DNA from: an uncultured Acidobacteriota bacterium
GTDB taxonomy: Bacteria; Acidobacteriota; Thermoanaerobaculia; Multivoradales; UBA5704
Assembly (NCBI GenBank): GCA_963700145.1
Contig: OY969474.1
Span: 4,960,001-5,024,000, forward strand
Direction: 5' to 3'
DNA: 64,000 nt
Below, one piece after another: positions 1 through 8,723 of this stretch. Numbering within the stretch: position 1 is the stretch's first letter; each line of letters begins with the position of its first letter. The notes beneath the pieces are model-generated. The model did no database searches, was not told where the DNA came from, and worked only from the letters and a program-made list of their open reading frames with translations. The position numbers and the translations under genes are program-made.

Positions 1-134
1 CCTTCAGCGGAGCGGGCCACGGCGCCGAAGGCCGTCGCCGCCCGGGGCGGGGCGATCAGGTTGGTCATCTGTTCGACGCCGAGCAGGGACATGGCCCACG
101 AGAAGCTCGCCAGGGATTCAGCCAACTCACGCAT
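1..134 (-). CDS. Partial gene running off the window edge; N-terminal SWAMS-domain protein
   Basis: Not in the ORF track. Manual translation from ATG 134 gives MRELAESLASFSWAMSLLGVEQMTNLIAPPRAATAFGAVARSAE, matching the N-termini of 6116-7870 and 10579-10995. GAGGAG lies upstream. Confidence 0.85.
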   Translation of the reverse strand, partial: MRELAESLASFSWAMSLLGVEQMTNLIAPPRAATAFGAVARSAE

Positions 135-150
135 CGACGTCGCTCCTCTG

Positions 151-1377
151 CTAGAACTGTTCCGGAACCTCGGTCTCGAGGGTCTCGACGCCGGGGATGA
201 TGCAGCCCTCCTGATAACAGTCGTGTAAGGAGGCGTCGCTGAACCCCTTGTAGATGAGCTCTTCGAGGTGTGTGGGGTCGAGGTTCAACATGCCCAACGC
301 GCCGCCTCCGAGCTCTTCCCGGGGATGGAAGCGGTGGATGGTCACCGGGCGGTAACTGGTGAGTGACTTCAATCCGCCCAGCGCGAGGACGGCTCCCTTC
401 CCCAGCCGCTCCAGCTCCAGCTCGGGCAGCGCCTCGCCGCGCCGCAGGCGATCGAAGGCCTCGAGCCCGCGGTTGATTCGGCGCGCCCGGTAGATCTCGC
501 GATTGACCAGCGCCGCCCACGCAATGGTCTGCAGGCGATAGGACGTGGCAACCGTGCTGTCCAGGGTGCTGAGCGGGATGGAGGCGACGTCCGGATCGAG
601 GTAGACGACGTAGATAACGTCGGCCTCGTTGAGCGCCGGGCGGAGCGGAGTATTGATCAGGACGCTGCCGTCCACGAAGGGCTCGGCGCCGACGAAGATC
701 GGGGGCAGGACGCCGGGGACGGCGCTCGACGCCTGGATCGCCAGGGGGCCGAGGTTGTCCGACATGTCCCGGTTGCCGAAGCTCCTCACCCGTCCCGTCG
801 TCCAGTTCGTAGCGAAAATCCGCAGCTTTCGCGTCGCTTCGGTGCGGCGAATGTTCGGGAAGTTGATGGTCTGCCGGATCGTCTCGCTCCACGGCGCGGT
901 CGAGACGAAGACCGTGAAGTCGAACAGGTTGGCGACCCTCTCCCTCAGGCCCTCTTGCTCTCCGGTGGCGAGGTAGACCGCTCTCTGGATTCCCTCCCAG
1001 GTGAGATACGCGCTGTCGCGGCCCAGCTCGAGCAGCGGGCGCAGAGGGTTCGGCACGTAGGCCGTGGGATCCAGGAAGAGGCCAGGATCGCCGCGGAAGC
1101 GGTAGATGCCGTTGCGCGCAGGGTCGCCGGCCAGGGTGCCGAGCCACACGCGCTCGAGATTGGCGACCGCCGCCGGGCCGAACTCATCCCATTGCGAGAC
1201 CAGAAAGGCGGCGTTGTAGGAGCCGATCGACGTGCCGAAGAAGTGTCCCGGTTCGATCAGCCCGAGACCCTTGCACTTGCCGCTGAACAGCGCCTTGAGG
1301 ACGCCGACCTCGTAAGCTCCATTGGCGCCCCCGCCGGAGAGAACGATCGCCTGCCGCGGTGCGCTTGGGCCGTTCAC
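151..1377 (-). CDS. Patatin-like phospholipase
   Basis: LSGGGANG Gly-rich loop, GTSIG nucleophile elbow, ASSAVPG and the DGS catalytic Asp motif. Confidence 0.92.
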   Translation of the reverse strand: MNGPSAPRQAIVLSGGGANGAYEVGVLKALFSGKCKGLGLIEPGHFFGTSIGSYNAAFLVSQWDEFGPAAVANLERVWLGTLAGDPARNGIYRFRGDPGLFLDPTAYVPNPLRPLLELGRDSAYLTWEGIQRAVYLATGEQEGLRERVANLFDFTVFVSTAPWSETIRQTINFPNIRRTEATRKLRIFATNWTTGRVRSFGNRDMSDNLGPLAIQASSAVPGVLPPIFVGAEPFVDGSVLINTPLRPALNEADVIYVVYLDPDVASIPLSTLDSTVATSYRLQTIAWAALVNREIYRARRINRGLEAFDRLRRGEALPELELERLGKGAVLALGGLKSLTSYRPVTIHRFHPREELGGGALGMLNLDPTHLEELIYKGFSDASLHDCYQEGCIIPGVETLETEVPEQF

Positions 1378-1435
1378 CTCAACCCCCCGTCACGGCCGGA
1401 GAAGCTTCCATGGACGTGTCTCGTCCTCCTGCAGC

Positions 1436-2323
1436 TCAACGCCGGGGCCGGCTGCCGGTCGGCGCGGTGCCCTTGCCAGGCGCCGGGGCCTTGCCAGGGG
1501 CGGCTGTCTCGCCAGACGTCTGGGAGGCGCCGGCTCCGCCGCCGAAGTATGCTCCCACGCTGTGGACCAGCAGGTAGTCCGCCGATCGATAGTGCGGGTA
1601 CTCCCTAGCGATCCGGCCGATCGCCTCCTGCGCCGTTTTCGATGACTCGACCGCGGCGATGAAGAAGCAGATATAGGTCCGCAGCTCGTCGAAGATCGAG
1701 GTATCGACCGGGAACTCTCCGTGCCCCCCGAAAACGCTCCGGATCGACCGCCCTGTCGGTATCTCTTCGAGGTGACGGAGCCACATGCCGGGCTGCTTCC
1801 CCGTCAGGAACAGGTGGACACGGTTGTAGACCAGGTCGCCGGCGACGAGCGTTCTGGCGCGCGGGATGTAGAAAGCTGTCTGGTGGCTCGCTTCTCCTCC
1901 CGCGTACTGCAGGAGCTGGACCTCCTCCCTGTCGATCCTCAGGCTCGAATCCTGGCAGCTCTCGGGCACGACCAACTCTTCACAGGCCAGCGGTCCATAC
2001 TTTTGCTTCACCAGATCGAGCATGAAAGCGCCCTGCGCCGCGATCGTCGCCGCCACCTCCGGCGCCGCGAGGATCGGGGTGTGCCGAAATTCGTCCCGCA
2101 GGACCTGAAGCCCCCCGAAGTGATCGGGGTGAGGATGGGAGATGTAGATCTGCTTGAGCCGCCAGCCACCCTTCTTGATCAGGGCCGCAAGTTTCTGCGC
2201 CGCCGGCCTTATCACGTGTGCATCGACCAGCATGGCCTCCCGATCGCCCGCGATCAGGACTGCGTTCTCCAGGACGCCCGACTTCCCGTCCAGGTGGTGG
2301 ATCACGTTCAGTGTGAATGGCAT
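1436..2323 (-). CDS. Metallo-beta-lactamase-fold hydrolase
   Basis: SHPHPDH, VAGD and GHG motifs; GGAGG before ATG 2323 (the ORF extends to 2335). Confidence 0.88.
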   Translation of the reverse strand: MPFTLNVIHHLDGKSGVLENAVLIAGDREAMLVDAHVIRPAAQKLAALIKKGGWRLKQIYISHPHPDHFGGLQVLRDEFRHTPILAAPEVAATIAAQGAFMLDLVKQKYGPLACEELVVPESCQDSSLRIDREEVQLLQYAGGEASHQTAFYIPRARTLVAGDLVYNRVHLFLTGKQPGMWLRHLEEIPTGRSIRSVFGGHGEFPVDTSIFDELRTYICFFIAAVESSKTAQEAIGRIAREYPHYRSADYLLVHSVGAYFGGGAGASQTSGETAAPGKAPAPGKGTAPTGSRPRR

Positions 2324-2363
2324 GTCTACCTCCATCCATCGGTTCTGGCTGCAGCGGTCCCCA

Positions 2364-3653
2364 TCACAATCCTCTTCCCGAGAGGACCCAGGCCGGCAGC
2401 TCAGGGCTGAGCCAATCCGGTACCTGCCGCCAGGTCATGAGCGAGCCGGTGATCAGCGTGTAATGTTGCATGAAGTGTTGGACCAGCATGTCTTTTTCTA
2501 GCTGCGCTCTCGAGATGCAGAGATCCTCGGCCGCGCGGCCCCCGGTGAGGGCGTTGACGAGATCGACGTAGCCGAAGAGCGGATCGAAGCCGGGCGCCGC
2601 GCGCGAGGTCTGTTGGAGCAGGGCATAAAAGGGGGCAAACACGCGCGAGGTGAGCCCGAGCGACACAAGGTTGGCGAGCTGAGCGCCCCAGGTGAAAGGA
2701 TCCAGGGGGACGTCGAGGATCTGCTGCGGCCGGTTGATGACGAACGTGAGGCAGACGCGGATCTCGCCACTGTCACGGATCTTGAAATCGATGAGCTGGA
2801 AACCGGGGCCGAAGCGGCCTGGGCCGTAGACGAGCGGGCCGCGGGCCAGGGGGTTGCGGAGCACCGCGTAGCCGAACCCGTACTCCGCGAGCAGCCCCGG
2901 CCCCGGGTCGTCGACGGCGCGGATGAACGGTTTCGCCAGGACGATCGGGGTCTCCTCGCTAAGCGGTATCGTGAGGTACGGCTGCTCACCACCGAACGGC
3001 CGGAAGGTCAAGGTGAAGTCGAAGATGCGGACGCTCGCGACGATCCATTCGTAGATCGGGCCGATCTCGCGCAAGTCCACGATGGCGCCTTGCTGCGCGG
3101 GCGGAAATTTGCCGACGCGCCCCGAGCGGCGCAGCTTGTAGAAGAGCTGCCGGTAGCCGAATCCCTGGCGGGTTTCCTCCGGCCGTGGGCACCAGCTCAG
3201 GCCTGGGATGTGGAGCCCCCGCCCCTCCCGGTTCTCGTCGACGAAGGCCTCCGGGGCGCGGTAGTCGCTGACGCGCATGAAGTAGCGCAGCACGAACGCA
3301 CGGAGCTGGTCGCGATAGACCATGGCCTCTGCCGCCTTCGGGCGGTCGTAGGACAGGTCCTGGAAGCATCCCATGACCGGCAGCTCCCGATCGCCGGGCA
3401 GCGTCGCCACGTCGAAGAAGCCGAAGCTCGTGTCGGCGGGGTTGAAGGTCCGCATGATCTGGAACTTGTCGCTGTATGCCCCGGCGCGGTCGACTGCCTC
3501 CCACCAGTGCTGCAGCGCCACGGCCTCGGCCACGGCCTGCTCGACACCGCCGAGCAGCGCCGAGTCGTCCTCCGTCAGCAGCCCGCCGGGCTGATCGAAT
3601 CCCGACGTCTGGTCGGTGGGAGGACCGATCGAAACCTGAGGCTCGCTCAACAC
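2364..3653 (-). CDS. Hypothetical protein, 429 aa
   Basis: Coding-like aromatic-rich composition, overlaps the upstream gene's stop and shares cluster orientation; no motif recognised. Confidence 0.8.
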   Translation of the reverse strand: MLSEPQVSIGPPTDQTSGFDQPGGLLTEDDSALLGGVEQAVAEAVALQHWWEAVDRAGAYSDKFQIMRTFNPADTSFGFFDVATLPGDRELPVMGCFQDLSYDRPKAAEAMVYRDQLRAFVLRYFMRVSDYRAPEAFVDENREGRGLHIPGLSWCPRPEETRQGFGYRQLFYKLRRSGRVGKFPPAQQGAIVDLREIGPIYEWIVASVRIFDFTLTFRPFGGEQPYLTIPLSEETPIVLAKPFIRAVDDPGPGLLAEYGFGYAVLRNPLARGPLVYGPGRFGPGFQLIDFKIRDSGEIRVCLTFVINRPQQILDVPLDPFTWGAQLANLVSLGLTSRVFAPFYALLQQTSRAAPGFDPLFGYVDLVNALTGGRAAEDLCISRAQLEKDMLVQHFMQHYTLITGSLMTWRQVPDWLSPELPAWVLSGRGL

Positions 3654-6073
3654 CAGGCGCTCGCTAGAGCGTCCCCGAACCGGCCGTCGGGATCGGAGAC
3701 GCGCAACACGTACAGGTTCGAAAGCGTCCGCGGAAAGACGCTGATGGCAGCGTTGAGAGACATCATGCCGACGGCGCCGCTGAACTGGCCGGTGCCCGAA
3801 ATGAAAGGCCCGAAGCCGCCGAAGCGGAACACCGGCATCGGCGCGCCGGGGAGCTGGGCCGGGAAGGCGCGGCCTTCGACGATGTCGGCGGTTAGCGTAC
3901 CGATGGTCCCGCCATGGCCGTCGAAGAACTGGAACACGCCGTTGCGCGTCTGGAAGGGGATGGGCGGTTGCAGCCCCGGCGCGAATGGGTTGAAGAGGAG
4001 CTGGCCGTCGAGCCTGCCGACGAGAGTCCCGACGCTCGTCTTGGCAAGCGGCGCCCGGCGGCCTGTGGCCGCCGAGTCGAGGTGGACCAGACGCAGAAGC
4101 TCGTGTACCGAAGCCCCTTGCATCTGGCCGCCCGGGCCGGAGATCGTGGTAGTGGGCTCATCGTCGTTCTCCTCGCCGAGGAAGGTGAGGAACGTCGTGC
4201 CCGGATCGGGGTCCGGGATCGGCACGAGCGCAGGCAGATCCGAGGTGGTGAGCAGATCGCCCGAGGGGTCGAGGACGCGCAGCATGATGTTGAGAGCGAG
4301 GCCGCTGGGGGGCGTGATGTAGCCGTTGACCACCACCGTCCCCTGGTGGTTCTTGAGCTTGCCATAGCCCTCGAGGATGTCGATGACCGCGCCGATGCGG
4401 AGCTGTGGCTGGCCATTGATGCGCATCGGGAAGGTGCGACCGGTCCCGAAGCCGTGAAAACCGCTGTGGCTGGCGTCGTCGAACCTGAACTCGCCGTCGA
4501 GAAAGGTGAAGCGCTGCGAGCGGGTCGGATCGAGGGGTGTCGGCGGCGGATCGCCGTTCGGATTCGCCACGTAGTCGTCGGGGATGGGTCGCCAGATGAT
4601 GTGTACCTTGGCCGCCGGCAGCCCGACGACATTCGCGGCCCGCAGCCCGCGCTCGGCGGTCGGCCGGGCCATCCGCACGTCGAAGCGGTGCAGGTTCTCG
4701 TGGACGTGGACCCCGATCATCTGGCCGTTGGCGATGATCGGCACGTTCGGCTCGGCGCTGTTGGGCATGGAGAAGAACGAGAAGTACGCGGCCCGCCGGA
4801 GCAGGTGCTGCACCACCTGCAGCTTGTAGCTCTCGGGATTGACCCCCGGCGGGAACGTAGGTGGCAGAGGCGGCATTCCGGGCGGCGGGCCCGGCGGCAT
4901 CCCGGCCGCTGCCGCCGCCGCGGGCGGGCCGGCGGGCGCACTGGCGACGGTCGGCGGAGAAGGAGCGCCGCCCGGGCTGCTCGGGCCGCCGGCGGCCGCC
5001 GCAGGGGGACCCTGGGGGATCGGCGCCTGGTTCTGCTTGCGGACGACCCGGAAGACGTCGAAGGTCTTGGCCGGGAACACGGTGTTCGGACCGAAGGGCG
5101 CGCCCGGGGCGAGCTGACCGGAACCGACGGCGCTCTTGACTCCGGAGGCTCCTTCGTACCTGCCCGTGCCGCCGGTGATGATCCCCATGGCGGTGGTCAT
5201 GAAGATCATCGAGCCGTCCGCGAGCGGCGCCAGGAACGCCTGGCTGGCACCGATGGCTGTGATCGAGTCCTCGTCGTTGAACTTCCACGTGGACTTGTAG
5301 TAGCCGCCGATTGGCAGCTGGGGGATCCCTCCGGGCTGGTCGATGGGCATCGACGGCATCGGGGGCTTCGTCATTAGCTGCTGCGGCGTCGCTGCGCCGA
5401 CCGCTGCCTGGATGCCCTCGTAGGAGCCTCCCGGCTGGCCGTCGGGTGTGAAGGTATCGATGCGCAGGATGATGTAGCGGGGATCCTCCAGGATGTAGCC
5501 GTTGCCGGCGCCGTAGCGGATGAGCACCTCTTCGCCCTGGACCCCGGGGTCGGTGACCGCCGGCGAGACCACCCGTCCGCCACCGGTCCGTGGCGACCGC
5601 CCGAAGGTCTCCGGTAGGACGCCGAGCTGCTGCAGCACGTACGCCCGGTCCCAGCCGATCCACGACTCCGCGCGCTTGCCGTTCTCCAGGAACCGGTTGA
5701 AGGCGAGCCCGTGGTACACGAAGGGCAAGTCCGTCGGCGGCAGGCCCATGAATCCGTTGGTCCGCGTGCCCTGGCTGGTGAAGCGCACCACGGTGAAGTT
5801 GTCCTTGGCGATCGCTTGGTCCACCGTGAAGCGGATGTCGGAAAAAGCCTTGAAGAACCCCTCCAGCGCCGCCTGGGCGTTCTCGGCGCCTTCGATTTTG
5901 CCGCCGGGCAAGGTATCGGTGAACCACTGGTAGTCGGGGGTCACCCCGGCGACGAAACCGCTGGCGTCGTGAGCGTTGAAGTTGACCCACCCCTTCAGCG
6001 TCGCCTGCAGATTGCGCTCTTCTGCCTCCTGCCGCCGCTGTTCGCTCGTCATGATCGCCTGTTCGCTCGTCAT
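3647..6073 (-). CDS. SnoaL/ester-cyclase domain + AOC/dirigent-like barrel + Pro/Ala linker + two further barrel-like repeats
   Basis: N-terminal AFSDIRFTVD...VVRFTSQGT...FMGLPPT (SnoaL-like); barrel signatures ITGGTGRYEGASG, ILEGYGKLKNHQG and FISGTGQFSGAVG. Confidence 0.75.
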   Translation of the reverse strand: MTSEQAIMTSEQRRQEAEERNLQATLKGWVNFNAHDASGFVAGVTPDYQWFTDTLPGGKIEGAENAQAALEGFFKAFSDIRFTVDQAIAKDNFTVVRFTSQGTRTNGFMGLPPTDLPFVYHGLAFNRFLENGKRAESWIGWDRAYVLQQLGVLPETFGRSPRTGGGRVVSPAVTDPGVQGEEVLIRYGAGNGYILEDPRYIILRIDTFTPDGQPGGSYEGIQAAVGAATPQQLMTKPPMPSMPIDQPGGIPQLPIGGYYKSTWKFNDEDSITAIGASQAFLAPLADGSMIFMTTAMGIITGGTGRYEGASGVKSAVGSGQLAPGAPFGPNTVFPAKTFDVFRVVRKQNQAPIPQGPPAAAAGGPSSPGGAPSPPTVASAPAGPPAAAAAAGMPPGPPPGMPPLPPTFPPGVNPESYKLQVVQHLLRRAAYFSFFSMPNSAEPNVPIIANGQMIGVHVHENLHRFDVRMARPTAERGLRAANVVGLPAAKVHIIWRPIPDDYVANPNGDPPPTPLDPTRSQRFTFLDGEFRFDDASHSGFHGFGTGRTFPMRINGQPQLRIGAVIDILEGYGKLKNHQGTVVVNGYITPPSGLALNIMLRVLDPSGDLLTTSDLPALVPIPDPDPGTTFLTFLGEENDDEPTTTISGPGGQMQGASVHELLRLVHLDSAATGRRAPLAKTSVGTLVGRLDGQLLFNPFAPGLQPPIPFQTRNGVFQFFDGHGGTIGTLTADIVEGRAFPAQLPGAPMPVFRFGGFGPFISGTGQFSGAVGMMSLNAAISVFPRTLSNLYVLRVSDPDGRFGDALASAWC

Positions 6074-6115
6074 GATCGTCTCCTTGATCGAGGTCTCGAG
6101 GACGCTCTCCCCGCT

Positions 6116-7870
6116 TCAGCGGGCCGGCGAGCCGGTCCGTACCGCCGGAAGGTTGCGATACCACTCCGCCATTGCCGTGCCAACGAGGTACGGATTCGTC
6201 TCATGCGGGTAGTGCAGGCCGGGCCCAACGTTGACGGAGACCAGATTCTTCAGGTTCTGCTGCAGCCAGCGGACGCTGTCGGAGGTGATGATCATCCCCG
6301 GCACGACATAGATGAGGAGCTTCGGCAGGTCGGTCCCGACGAGCCAGGGAATGTACCCGTCGACGATCCGGGCCACGGCAGCGGGCTGACCTTCGATCGG
6401 GATCTCGTTGACCCAGCGCCAGATGACCTCGCGGTTGACCTTCTCGCGGTACGGCAGGCGCGTCCATTCCATCTCTTCCTGGGTGACCGCCCGCCCCATG
6501 ATGCTGGGAGTCAGCACCTCAATGAAGATGTTCTGGTCGACGATCGCCTTGTAGCCGAAGCTGTCCTTGCTTGGATACCCCTCGCGGAAGAGGCGGAAGT
6601 TCTCGCGCACGAACTGGGGCGCGTCCGGCTCGGGGAACGTGCTCCACTGCGGATAGCTCTTGTACACCGCTTCCATGAAGATGAGGCCACGCACGTTGTC
6701 GGGATGACGGCTGGCGTAGTCGAAGCCGATGGCCGACCCCCAGTCGTGCATGACGAGAGTGATGTTGCGCAGTCCCTTCCGCGAGATGAAGCTCTCGATG
6801 AACTGGATGTGATCCTGGAAGCCGAAGCTGGCGTCCTCGGGTTTGGAGCCCGGTCCCATGCCGATCAAGTCCGGCGAATAGCAGCAGCCGAGCCCGACGA
6901 GGTGGGGAAAGATGTTGCGCCAGGTGTAGGACCAGTTCGGGTTGCCGTGGAGGAACACGAAGGGCTCTCCGGACCCGGCTTCGACGTAGCTCATCTCGAA
7001 GCCCTTGCCGCCGGGGCCTTGCACGTCGATGGTCTGGAGCTGGTAATTCCAGGCGGCCGAGGGGAACTCGACGTCGGCTTGCCGGACGAGCCGGAACGTC
7101 GCGACGGCGTCGCATCGCAGCTCCGCGCCCGGAGCGAACGGCGCGCCGCTGGGGAGGATGCCCCGCCCCAGGAAGGTGGCGCCGCCGAGCAGGCCGCTGT
7201 AGCGGCCGGAGCCGCCCGCGACATTGCCGGCTACCGAGAGGAGGAAGACGCTGGGGCCCTCCTGGTAGCGGGCGAGATTGAGGAGAGCCGGCCCGGAGAA
7301 GCCGACGGAGCCGCCGTCGGAGCTGCCCCAGGTCGCCGCGGCCTGAGCCCGGACCGTCGTGGGGCTCGTCGTGTGGTTGGATGCCCAGGCGTCGTGAAAA
7401 GGCTGCGCCGGCAGGTCGTACCAGGAGTACCACCGGTTGGCGTTCTCCGGCTCGTTCAGGTACGAGACGTCGAACACCACTCGGAGGTCACCGCCGGACT
7501 TCGACTCGAAAACGATCCTGCCGTCCTGGCCGAACTGCAGTGTGCCCTCGCCGGAGAAGGCGAGCGCCGAGTCACCCCCGTCGTCCAGTCCGTGCACCCC
7601 GCTCGCGGCGGCACCGCCCGGCGCGGCCCACAGCCGTGGATCGAAGACCCCGAACATGGTGTCCACCAAGCGCCTTTGCAGCTCGTCGCCGGCATGGAAC
7701 GCATCCGCGAAGAGCCCCTCGAGCTGAGCCTTGGCGGCCCGCGTCACCGCGTCGAGCGATGCCCCGCCGCCGCCGAGGTTTCGCGGGTCCACCAACGAAG
7801 CGAGCTGCCGGGCACCGAAGAGCGACATGGCCCACGAATAGCTGAGCAAAGACTTCGTCAGGTCACGCAT
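6116..7870 (-). CDS. Fusion: SWAMS domain + AOC/dirigent-like barrel + haloalkane dehalogenase (DhaA-like alpha/beta hydrolase)
   Basis: FLHGNPNWSYTWRN, HDWGSAIG, FMEA and GLHY motifs; VAGGSGRYSG barrel motif; N-terminus MRDLTKSLLSYSWAMSLFG. Confidence 0.85.
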   Translation of the reverse strand: MRDLTKSLLSYSWAMSLFGARQLASLVDPRNLGGGGASLDAVTRAAKAQLEGLFADAFHAGDELQRRLVDTMFGVFDPRLWAAPGGAAASGVHGLDDGGDSALAFSGEGTLQFGQDGRIVFESKSGGDLRVVFDVSYLNEPENANRWYSWYDLPAQPFHDAWASNHTTSPTTVRAQAAATWGSSDGGSVGFSGPALLNLARYQEGPSVFLLSVAGNVAGGSGRYSGLLGGATFLGRGILPSGAPFAPGAELRCDAVATFRLVRQADVEFPSAAWNYQLQTIDVQGPGGKGFEMSYVEAGSGEPFVFLHGNPNWSYTWRNIFPHLVGLGCCYSPDLIGMGPGSKPEDASFGFQDHIQFIESFISRKGLRNITLVMHDWGSAIGFDYASRHPDNVRGLIFMEAVYKSYPQWSTFPEPDAPQFVRENFRLFREGYPSKDSFGYKAIVDQNIFIEVLTPSIMGRAVTQEEMEWTRLPYREKVNREVIWRWVNEIPIEGQPAAVARIVDGYIPWLVGTDLPKLLIYVVPGMIITSDSVRWLQQNLKNLVSVNVGPGLHYPHETNPYLVGTAMAEWYRNLPAVRTGSPAR

Positions 7871-8023
7871 GGCAGAAACCCCTCTTCGCCGGCCTGTGCC
7901 AGCCCAGCGCCTCGCACCCCCGTGCCTCCAGTGGGCGACACAGCGGTCCTGTACGCCGCGAAGCGCGTCCCGGCCCGGGGCCTGGCGCCTCGCGGCGCAT
8001 CCGGCCTTCCGGAAGACGGCGGC

Positions 8024-8656
8024 TTAGGTCGCCGCTGCGCCGGCCTCGCCACCGCCGCGCCGGCCTCGTCCTCCTCCACCGGTCGTCTCGGCGCTCTCGC
8101 CGCCTTCGCGCCCCTTCTCCAAGCAGACGCAGTCCGCGATCCGCTCGAGGGCCGCGAGCTGCCGCGACTCGAAATGCAGGTCCTGCTTGGCCCAACGGTC
8201 CAGGACGTTGTAGTAGACCCGGATGTACATGGCGTCACCAAGCGGGACGGCGTCGCAGCCGTACTTGCGCACGATCCAAGCGGTGAATCCATCCGGCGTG
8301 AGATTGTCCGTGACGAGGTCTTCGCCCTGCGTGAAAACCTGCTCGCCGTCGCGCTTGACGCTGACGAGGCTCCACTGGACGAGCTTCACCATGTCGTCGC
8401 TCAGGTTCCTGTCTCCCATCTTCCTTTCCTCCTTGCGTGTAGAAAGACTGCTCGGTTCCAACCGACGGTTTCCTTCTGCTTCGACAAAGCCTTCACCCGG
8501 CGTCGTGCCGGGATAAGGATCGATCGAGTTCCGCATCCCGCTCATGGTCAGCTCGGCCTGCCGCTCCATGTTCTGCACCGCCCGTGCGATCGCCTCGAGT
8601 CCGTTGGCGAACATCATGAACGGCATCAGCAACAGACGACCGAAGAGCTCCAGCAT
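8024..8656 (-). CDS. Hypothetical protein with a probable internal in-frame second start at 8419
   Basis: Coding-like ORF with GGGGAG upstream; AAGGAGG lies 8 nt before the internal ATG (MGDRNLSDDMVKLV). Confidence 0.8.
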   Translation of the reverse strand: MLELFGRLLLMPFMMFANGLEAIARAVQNMERQAELTMSGMRNSIDPYPGTTPGEGFVEAEGNRRLEPSSLSTRKEERKMGDRNLSDDMVKLVQWSLVSVKRDGEQVFTQGEDLVTDNLTPDGFTAWIVRKYGCDAVPLGDAMYIRVYYNVLDRWAKQDLHFESRQLAALERIADCVCLEKGREGGESAETTGGGGRGRRGGGEAGAAAT

Positions 8657-8657
8657 C

Positions 8658-8723
8658 TCAACCGCTCCCCAGGCGTCTGCCCGCCCAAGGAGCCTTCGTC
8701 ACCTGCCGGAAGAGCTCGAACAT
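8658..8723 (-). CDS. Putative 21-aa micro-ORF MFELFRQVTKAPWAGRRLGSG
   Basis: ATG overlaps the upstream stop (TGATG); its stop is 1 nt before the next ATG; resembles that gene's N-terminus MLELFGRLLLMPF. Confidence 0.4.
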   Translation of the reverse strand: MFELFRQVTKAPWAGRRLGSG

